Source: Raja brachyura
Lineage: Eukaryota
Reading direction: 5' to 3'
NCBI GenBank assembly: GCA_963514005.1
Contig: OY740797.1
Coordinates: forward strand, 45,446,001 to 45,510,000
Length of the DNA stretch: 64,000 nt
A program made the position numbers and the translations under genes. The notes beneath the pieces were generated by a model that searched no databases, was not told where the DNA came from, and saw nothing but the letters and a program-made list of their open reading frames with translations. Shown piece by piece: positions 54,765 through 64,000 of the stretch (positions are counted from its first letter, which is position 1; each line of letters opens with the position of its first letter).

Positions 54765-55460
54765 ACATAGTAAATGGCAGGTCCCTAAGGAATATTACTG
54801 TACAGAGGGACCTTAGGTTGCAAGTCTATAACTCCCTGAAGGTGACAAAAAAAGTAGAGAGGATGGTTAAAAAGGTGTACGGCCTGCTTGCCTTCAATGG
54901 TCGGGGTATGGAGTATACAAAATTGGGACGTTATGTTTCCAACTGTTTAAAACTTTGGTTAGGCCACGTTTAAAGTATTGTGTGCTGTTTTGATCACCAC
55001 ATTTATTGGAGGGATATGAAGTCTTTGGAGCGAGTGCAGAAGAGATTCACCAGGATATTGCTTGGATTGGCATCTATTAACTATAAGGAGGCCTTTGATC
55101 GTTTTCTCTGGAAAATCAGAGATTAAGGGAGAACCTACCGTAACATTATGAGAGGTACAGATCGAATAGGTACTCCAAGGTACCTCGGGGTGGTATTGTC
55201 AAATACTAGAGTGCATAGGTTTAAGGTGAAATGTGGAAACCATAACAGCGATTTGCAAGGTAAGATTGTTTTTACACAGAATGTGCTACACAGGCACAGG
55301 TATAGAGGTGCCTGGAACACACTGCTAGGGGAGAGTAGAAACAGGCATGAGGACAATGTTTGAGAAGCATTTAGACAGAATCATGAACACGCAAGGAATA
55401 GCAGGGTATCGACCCTATGCAGGTATATAGGATTCGTTTAGATTGTCACCATGATTGTCA
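54765..55460 (+). mobile_element. Decayed CR1 3' fragment
   Basis: ctttggttaggccac, gtgcagaagagattcaccaggat and actagagtgcataggtttaaggtga. Confidence 0.72.
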
Positions 55461-57315
55461 GAGACATACGGGATCATTCTATGATGAAGGGCAGGTGAAT
55501 TCTTTAAGTAAGCACCAGACTAAATACAATGAAATGAAGGCAATTTAACAGAAAAATAAGTCTAGCAAAAGAAGTATGAGAACAGAGTGACACTGAATAA
55601 AGATTTTGGTATTTCTATAGGCCAGACCCAGTAAGCTTGGTAAATTTCCTCTCCTGAAGAGTACTAGTAAAACAGATGGGTTTTAACAACAATCTGCTAA
55701 TTCATAATTTTTAATGACTTATTTTTCTTAATTTCCAATTATTAAATAAAGTTCCATTTCACATGTATCATGATAAGATGTGAAAGATATCTGGCTTATG
55801 GATATCTGGACCAGTAATTTGAACACTGTGTGCACAATGTACCCATTCACGATTGCTCTCTCAATATGTCCTTCCACCTTCAAAGATCATAGCACATAAT
55901 CCTCCAGGTTTTTCTCTTGAGTAAAACACAAAGTGCTTGAGGAACTCGGTTAATAGGGCAGTTTCTGAGAAGAGAATGGACAGGCAAGGCCCTTCTTCAG
56001 ACTGATCGGAGCCGCTGAGTTCCTGTTATGTATACACCCAGCGGGATGTGGGTTAATTGCAGGCAAATGGGACTAGGTTAGATGGGGTATCTTGATCGGC
56101 ATGGACACGTTTGGCCTGAGGGCCTGTTTTCGTTCTATATACACTATCTCAACACAATCAGAATACAACTAAAAAATTGACTTGTTGGATAACAGCTATT
56201 AAGACTCTCTGGAATTTCTACGCCAACAATCCTTCCTGACAACTTAACTTTTGTCATGCCTACTGAATAACTTGAGCGTACCTGGAAGGGAAAGTTCATC
56301 GAGGATCTTCAGCTTCAAGCAAAAGTTTTTTTTCATGTGGAGATCCATTTGAGATTGATTACTGTGATGAGTCAACCAGCATCAGCACTATCTCTGGTAG
56401 CATTCATGCACTTGAATTAAAAATCAAAAATCAAGGAAGGCAGAAATGAAGAATTATTACATTGTGAAAGATGCCATCTTTCAGATAAGGTATTAAACTT
56501 AAGGTGTATAACACAAAGTTCTGGAGTAACTCAGCGGACCAGGCAGCATCTCTGAAGGACATGGATACGCGATATTTCACTCTTGGGACTCTTTAGAGCA
56601 TTCAACTTGAGGTCCAGCCAACTGTCCCATGTGGGCATGTAAGATCTTGAATCTCTCCTTTGCAGTAAGCAGGGGAGTTCTCCCTAGTGTCCCTCTTTCA
56701 ACATTCCTAAAATCTTATCTGATCATTAACACATTGGAGACGCAAAGAACTGCAGATGCTGGTTTACAAAAAAAACTCACAAAGTGCGGGAGTAACTCAG
56801 CTGGTCAGGCAGCATCTCTGGATGAGTGAGGTTTTGTGTCGGGACCCTTCTTCAGACATTAACACGTTAGTTTTGGTGAGGTATCCTAGAAGGTATTTCA
56901 AATGGATATTTTATTCATTTGACTGTTTTTTCATAAGAGTAGAGATGGTGGCCCTTTGTCTGCTCTGCCATTCAACAAGATCATGGGTGATCTTCTACTA
57001 CAGTATAATTTTTCTGCAATCCTTCCTAATCGCTTGATTGCTTGAAATTCAGAAATCCCTTGACCGCTGTTTTGAATTAACTCAATAATTGGGCCTCCCC
57101 AATTCTCTAAAGATTCACCATCATCTTAGGGAAGATATCTCCCTCAATTTCAGGTCCAAATGGCTTCCCCTGACTTTGCGACTGTGACCCTAGCAGCTCT
57201 CGCCTTCAGATAAGGACAACAAAACTATACAGGTGTAGGCTCACTAAAGCTGAGTATACTCAAGTCCCCTTACAGTAAAGGCCAACAAAACATTTGGTTT
57301 CTAAGTATACCCATG

Positions 57316-57860
57316 TCAAAAGTCAAAGTATCCTTTATTGTCATTCAGACCTTTTGGTCTGAACGAAATTTCGTTGCCTTGCAGTCATACATATAATAAA
57401 AAACAAAACACACAATAAACACATATTTAACATCCACCACAGTGAGTTCACCAGGCACTTCCTCACTGTGATGGAAGGCAAAAGTCTTTAAAAGTCTTTG
57501 TCTTCTTCCCTCCTTGTTCTCCCTCTGCGCTGAGGCGATCCAGGCCTCCGATGTTGTCGTCCACTGGGCCCGCGGCCGAGCCTCCGAAGCCGGGCCACCG
57601 CTGTCGCCGGAACGCTGGAACACCGCCACAGCTCTGAAGCCGGAACCGCCGCCGGAGCGCTGGAACGCCGCCACAGGAACGCCGGAACACTGCCACTGCT
57701 CTGATGCCGGGTCCGCCACTGTCGCCGGAACGCTGGAACACTGTCACAGCTCCGAGGCCACCAGCTCCGCCATTAGGCCTCAGCACAGACGGAGACGGGG
57801 GACACGACAAGAAAAAGTCGCATCCTCCCCGAAGGGAGAGACTTCGTCCCTTTGAAGATG
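57316..57860 (-). mobile_element. Unclassified retroposon-like insert with GC-rich internal repeats
   Basis: GC-rich block with repeated gccggaacgctggaac; minus-strand 3' end AATAAA followed by a short (tttgac) repeat tail. Confidence 0.5.
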
Positions 57861-59432
57861 CCAATCTTTCCCACTGTTTGTCCCGATTGTTCCATTTGAA
57901 CATAAAATCTGCTAGTGTAAGCATTTGTATGTTAATTAAAGAAACATGGATTTTTTTTGAACTGTAAGTTTAGCCCGCAGTGCCCTATGAAGACAAATAA
58001 TCAGGCTGCCTCTTAATTGCCATTCTGATAAATGTTGATGCTTCTGTTAGTGGGCTCTGGCATCTTTCAGTAACTGAAAAGTATACTGGTCAAAAGTTGT
58101 TTTTTCATGGTTAGTTATACGTGGTTGACAAATATAAGAGGCTTTTGCTGTTAGCAACTCCAATTTAAAAAAAAACATACAACGTATTATTATGTCCTTG
58201 AGCTAGTTACCATCTGTGATTACCTGGAAAGCCATGATGCATACAGAAATTAATTGTTTGCCCATGTAGGTCAGTTGATTATTATTTCTGAATATAATCA
58301 ACAGGAAATGGAAGAGATTATTAGCCAATAACATTATTACGGCAGTAACTAATCTCTGTAGCAGAGGTTCTTATACTGTGCTATGTTGTAGGCCTGAGTC
58401 AATAGAATATTGCTTTCTTATAGTTTTTCAATTGTATTCTTGGGGACTCACTTCGTCCACTGATATAAATATAGTAAATACTGGAAATTATATGTAAAGA
58501 CAGCAATACAGTCAAGTTTCAAATTGATAACCTTTCATCAGAAACTCTCTCCTCTCCCCACTCTTTATCCTTCTCACTCTCTTTTTCTTTCCTCCCTCCC
58601 AGATTTCCCACTCTCTCGATTATCATTCCCATGCTTCACTTAAATGGGTTGGGTGATCCCTGTATTGGTGTAGGTGTATTGGGCATGGAGAGCCCAAGAT
58701 GGAGAAACAGGATCTGGAAAAGTTTTTTAAAAACAATCATATTTTAGATTGCAGAGAAGGGGGTGCAAGGATGCAAAGAGATACATGTATAGGAAGGAAC
58801 TGCAGATGCTGGTTTAAACCGAAGATAGACACAAAAAGCTGGAGTAACTCAGCGGGTCTGGCAAAAAGGAATTGGTGACGTTTTGGGTCGTGACCCTTCT
58901 TCAGACATAGACAGATTAAGTGCATGGGCAATGGCATGGCAAATGGAGTATAATGTGTAAAGTCTGCTAGGTGGAAAAAAGTAAGAGGGCGGAACAATTA
59001 TTAAGTGGGGATTGTTTGAAAGGTGGTTGGTATTCACAAGAACATTGGTTTCCGTGTACACATCATTGAAGGAAGCGTGAAGTCAAGCTGAAAAAAAATC
59101 ATCAGACTTGGCTCAATTATCTTAATAAAAATTAGTAGTACCAGATAAAATCTGGTTAATGTCAATAGTGTTAATGATTAAGATGATGGTCACATTTTCA
59201 GTATTGTCCCCAAAAGTCAAATATTTTCTGTAATAAAATAAAATGTTTTGTTGTGAGTGTACTCAGGAAATGTAAGGTCGATTTACAGTCAATACAATTA
59301 ATGTGTACAAAATATTGGAAATATGTTAGAGCACAAATAACAGATTTATTCACTTCTCCTTACGTTTATGTGTTAATTTTGATCAGTACAGGGTTTTTGT
59401 GGCGAAAGTTTGATAATGTTACTTTTTTTTAG

Positions 59433-59584
59433 CTGCAGTAGCGAAAGTCACAGGCTGTAATCCAGATGAGCCAAATCTTCCCAGTGCCTTGTTGTCGCCA
59501 CTTCTGCCACCTGTCGTGGTGAAGATTGAAGAAACCATTTCAATGGACCTGTTATCGAATCAGGCACCATCTGCAGTCTTTAAA
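59433..59584 (+). CDS. NFAT5: NFAT5 coding exon, 152 nt, phase 1/0
   Basis: AAVAKVTGCNPDEPNLPSALLSPLLPPVVVKIEETISMD...AVFK resembles human KTTGCN...TIFK; frame fits both neighbours; donor AAA|gtacaa is weak. Confidence 0.85.
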
Positions 59585-60762
59585 GTACAATATTTTGTTT
59601 CAACAGTTAGAAATGCATTTTGGGGGTATTTTTCATAAACAAACAGGCTGTGCAGGTTTATATCCTTACAGTATATACTGCCTGTGATTGCAATTTTCCG
59701 TGTTATCGCCTCTAATTATACTAGTTTGTTATTTTTGACGATTAATCATACATATAATAATTTGTATAATCTTCCATAATTTTTTTTGTTAGTTTTTATT
59801 TTTGACTCTTAACGATAGGTTCACATTTTAGAGAAGTTTTTTTTTCATTTTTGTGGCAAGTTTGCTATTGTGTGGTTAAAATCATCATCAGTTCATTTTG
59901 ATATCTGGCTTCATATGAAGATGTTTTGTCTTCTGACAGCACTGAATCAGAAACAAAGCAATGAAAGTTGGCCATTTAACACTTTGCTTGTTATGCCATT
60001 GTGAAGTTATGGTTCATCTGTTGTCTTAGTCTGTCTTTGCCCATATGATTTATTATCTCTGGTTACAAAATGTTTCAAATCTTAGATTTAAGATTAGCGA
60101 CACAACTTGAATCATTTACAATTCATGAGAAGTTTCAAACTGTTACCATGATTTAATATGTATAAATGTTTCCTAACCATTCCTAAAAATAATGATGTCC
60201 CCCTTGAACCTAACCAGTAGATTGCCACCCAGCAAAGATAACATGTGTCAATCAATCTTATGTTAGCTCCTCAAAATGAGTTTGAAAACTGAAAAAAACA
60301 TCACTGCTTAACCTTCTAAAATGAATACAGCTTTGGTATGTCCAATTTGGCTTAACTTTGCTTTGGTATCATTCAATTAAATCTATGCTACACAACCAAA
60401 ACCAATACATCTTCCTAAGATGTGGTTTCATGAACTGTGCATAATACTCCAAATATGGTCTGATCGAGTCTTATTAAGAGGCAGAATTTATATCCCCTTG
60501 TATTCCAGTCCAGAAATATAGAATCTAGTACACCAACAGAATTCAAAATAAATAATGCATAGACACAAAACGCTGGAGTAACTCAGCGGGACAGGCAGCA
60601 TTTCTGAAGTGAAGGAATGGGTGACGTTTTGGGTCGAGACCCTTTCTCTTCAAAATAAATAATGATGCATACTTGTTACTACTGATGATGTGTCCTGTGA
60701 TGATGTGTCCTGTGCCCAACTGTCCTGAATGTTACCCAGGCCAAGATATACGTATACGTATT

Positions 60763-60786
60763 CCCCCCCCCCCCCCCCCCCCCCCC
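60763..60786. repeat. Poly-C tract (~24 nt)
   Basis: Directly visible; shorter G/C runs also near 2914, 8732 and 15994. Confidence 0.9.
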
Positions 60787-61483
60787 GATGTTGAACGTCT
60801 ACAACTCTCAACAATCAACAAATGTCGTGAAATGCTCCCTACCTACTGGCACAAGGGACTTCTTAACATCTTGTCCTGTGTATTTGATTCTTACTTTCTT
60901 GTTTTCACTGAAAATATCTTAATGAACCGTTTTTCATAATTCTCACGTTATTCCTTAGTTATTTTTCAAATAAAACTAAAACCTGATTGATTTAGATATT
61001 ATGCTTCCAACTTCCTATTTATAACTTGTAGAGTTTTTTGTATCCTTCCCTTTATTGCCCCTGAGAAAGAAAAATAACTTTATATTTACCAACCATAAGG
61101 TGAAGTCATGGTTATCTGTAAAAGTCAAATTTATTAATGGTAACTAAAGCAAAATAGTATAGATGCTGGCAATCTGAAATCACAACAGAAAATGGTTTAA
61201 TTATTCAACACGTCAGGCAGCATCTGTGGAGAAAGGAACAAAATGTACAGTTCAATTTGGTTTGATTTCATCATATTATTGTGATGAAAAATCGTTAACC
61301 TGAAGTAATTAAGCCTCTTTCCACTTATTTCAATTTATTTTTGCATGTTAGCATGCATTAAATGTCAAGAATATGAAGGTCTTCCAATTTTTATAAAACA
61401 GTACACAAGCAGTATAAGTAAGGTATGGTTATAATCTTAATATTGCTTTGTTTTAGTTTCTTGTTTTCATTTATTTTATTTAG

Positions 61484-63932
61484 AATCAAGAGATTGGAGC
61501 CGGACAGCAGTCTTTAGAAATCTCTTCAAACATCACAACCGGGACTTCATTCTCTGGATCTGCCTCAAGGCAAGGAGGAGACAGTGATCAGCACCAACAA
61601 ATTGAATCAAATGTGTTTCCAAGCACAGATGACTTATCTGCCGTACGGAAACAAGACATTTCTCAGCCATGTACATTTCAAGCATCAAAATGTACCACCC
61701 AGGTTCAGAATAATGAAGGCTTGCTTCAGCAAACATCCCAGTTTCACAATACTGGCTTATTGTTAGATTCAAGAGAAGTACAACCAAGAGACATTTTGCA
61801 ATCAGATGTATCCTTATCCCAAATGCCTGAGTCATCATTGCAACAGCAACAGAAGCAACAGCAGCCACAGACCCAGGCTCTCCAAGAACATTCACCCAAT
61901 ATTTTCCAACAGAGCAGCAATGCATCACAGTTGCAAAATGCTTTGCAGTCTATGCAATCAGGAAACTTTCAGACAAACTCTGAAAATGCCTTAAGTGGCA
62001 ATGTAAGTCTTGTTCAACGGACTTTGGAGGCGACTCAGCAACAGTTGGCCTCCGTTTTATTTACTGGATCCAGCCCGTCTGAGACGATGCAGCAACCTGT
62101 GGAACAGGTGCAAGAGCAAATGAATGCAGGGATGTTCCACCAAGTAAGTGCAATGCAGAGCAATCTCCCTCGAGATCTGTTTTCAAATTCAGATAACTCA
62201 TCTCTCCCTAGATCTGACAGTGTTCTTTCTGGACCTGAGAATTCATTGTCAAATCAACAAGTGTTGGAATCCTCCACAAACATGATGTTGGGAATGCAAC
62301 AGAACATTTGTCAAGGATCAGGACAACTGCAGTCAGACTTGTACCAATCCTCTTTAAATGGAAGCCTCCAACAATCTGATATCTTTCAGCAAACTTCTCA
62401 TGTTCTGTCTATTCAAACCAGTGATGGAAACCAACACCAGATACCGCACAGCGGATTGTTTTCACCCACTACAACAGTAGCTGGGAATGAAAATGCAGGA
62501 AATCCACAGCAGCAAACATCTTCATCAGGTATCTTTCAGTGCTCTAATTCTATGGTTGCTGTGGAGGACACTTCAGTGCAGCCTAATCAGAGGCAAACGG
62601 ATATGTTTGAATCTATTGTGCAGTTGCAGCAGAGTGGGGAGAATCAGCCTCAAGTAACTTTATTTTCAAATGCAGATGGCATTATCCATGTTGAAACTGG
62701 TGGCTCCTCACAACCAACTGGGATTTTTCAGCAGAGTGGAGAAATGATGTCCAGTCAACCTGGAAGCTTCCTTCAGCAATCCCATCCATCGTCAGAACTA
62801 TTCCATCCACAAAATTCCCTAAATCAAGTACAAAGTGCAGCTCATTCACAGTCTGGGCTTTTCCACTGCCCTAACACTGTTCTGCAGCATCAGAATACTG
62901 CTGCTTCCCAAGACCAAGTGCAGACAGCATTATTTCATTCTCAAGGCTCTTTGGCAGTTCTCCAAGGCTCGTCAATCGCCCAAGATCAGCAACAGGGCAC
63001 TCTTTTTCTTTCCCCAAACTCTTTGCCTTCTCTTCAAAATAACAGCATTTCACAAGAAAAACAAGTCAGCTTTTATTCACCACAGAGCACAATTCCAACA
63101 CTCCAGAGTTCAGGAAACCCAGAGCAACAATCTGTGAATGTCTTTCAGACCCAGGCACAAATATCTCAGATTCAGAATAACATGATTGCTCAAGAACAGC
63201 AACAACAACAGCAGAACCTTTTTCAACATCAAGTGGCCTTATCCTCTTCCCAAACTAACACTTCCCCCCAAAATCAGCAAGCATCTATCTACCAGACCCA
63301 ACATTCAATAGCTACACTTCACAACAACCCTTCACCTCAAGACCAACCTCAGAATGTTCTTTTTAATTCTCAGAATTCAATAAATAACAGCTTAGCTTCC
63401 CAGGAACAACAGCAGAACATCCTTTTCAACTCTCAGAATTCCATGCCTGCAATGAATACCAATTTAACTTCCCAAGAGCAACAGAACCAAACACTTTTTC
63501 ATACTCAGCCTAATATGGTGTCAGTTAATCAAGAACAGCAATCATCCATACAATTCCAAAACCAGACTACAGTTTCTTCACTTCAGAATAATGGGACGTC
63601 TCAGGGAGATCCGAAACAGTCGTCAGTTTTTCATGGTCAGCCTCAAATGCAGCTTGTTCAAAGTTCAGGAGGCACCCAAAATCAGCAAGTGACACTGTTC
63701 ATATCTCAAAGTTCAATGTCTGCATTACAGAATAACATGAATCAACAAGATATACAGCAGTCTAACGTGTTTAATCCTCAAAATAATGTCCCCATACTTC
63801 AAAACAACACATCTGTATCAGGCCAGCAACAAAATACACTTTTTCACCCCCATGGGACCATGAACCAGCTTCAGAATTCACCTACGTCAGCACAACAACC
63901 AACTGGCTTATATTTGTTTGAAATTCAAAATG
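61484..63932 (+). CDS. NFAT5: NFAT5 giant Q/S/N-rich transactivation exon, 2449 nt, phase 0/1
   Basis: Continuous frame that includes ORF 61613-63994; QDISQP and MNQLQNSP...LFEIQN motifs; atttag acceptor and G|gtaagt donor. Confidence 0.95.
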
Positions 63933-64000
63933 GTAAGTGTAACTTAAATACACGAGTGAATTTAAACTATTTGGCTGCCCAAGTTAAATTTTAAAATGTA

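Larger units (their letters stand above)
12452..63932 (+). other. NFAT5: NFAT5/TonEBP gene, partial span (11 coding exons; first and last exons outside the window)
   Basis: Exons join in frame with GT-AG boundaries. Translation contains the NFAT5-type Rel homology domain ([31 protein letters not shown]), IPT domain and Q-rich C-terminus. Confidence 0.97.

Noticed and set aside
61533-63137. Alternative-frame and antisense ORFs overlapping the giant exon
   Set aside because: Short shadow ORFs of biased Q/S-rich coding sequence.

Overview
Eukaryotic genomic DNA, AT-rich and intron-dominated. The repeat content (CR1 LINEs, tRNA-derived SINEs, Penelope-like elements) suggests a cartilaginous fish, probably a skate or ray; this is inference. 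The window covers most of a + strand NFAT5 (TonEBP) gene. Eleven coding exons from 12452 to 63932 splice in frame with GT-AG boundaries and encode the N-terminal regulatory region, the Rel-homology DNA-binding and IPT domains, and a giant Q-rich exon. The first and last exons lie outside the window. The introns hold a 2.2-kb non-autonomous Helitron with intact termini and exon-like cargo, a deleted and internally inverted Gypsy element nested in a Penelope-like element (PLE), several MITEs, CR1 and L1 fragments, and SINEs. Many 90-135 bp PLE-terminal units carry a hammerhead-ribozyme core and sit between their own direct repeats. Comparisons with human NFAT5 are from recall and need alignment to confirm.
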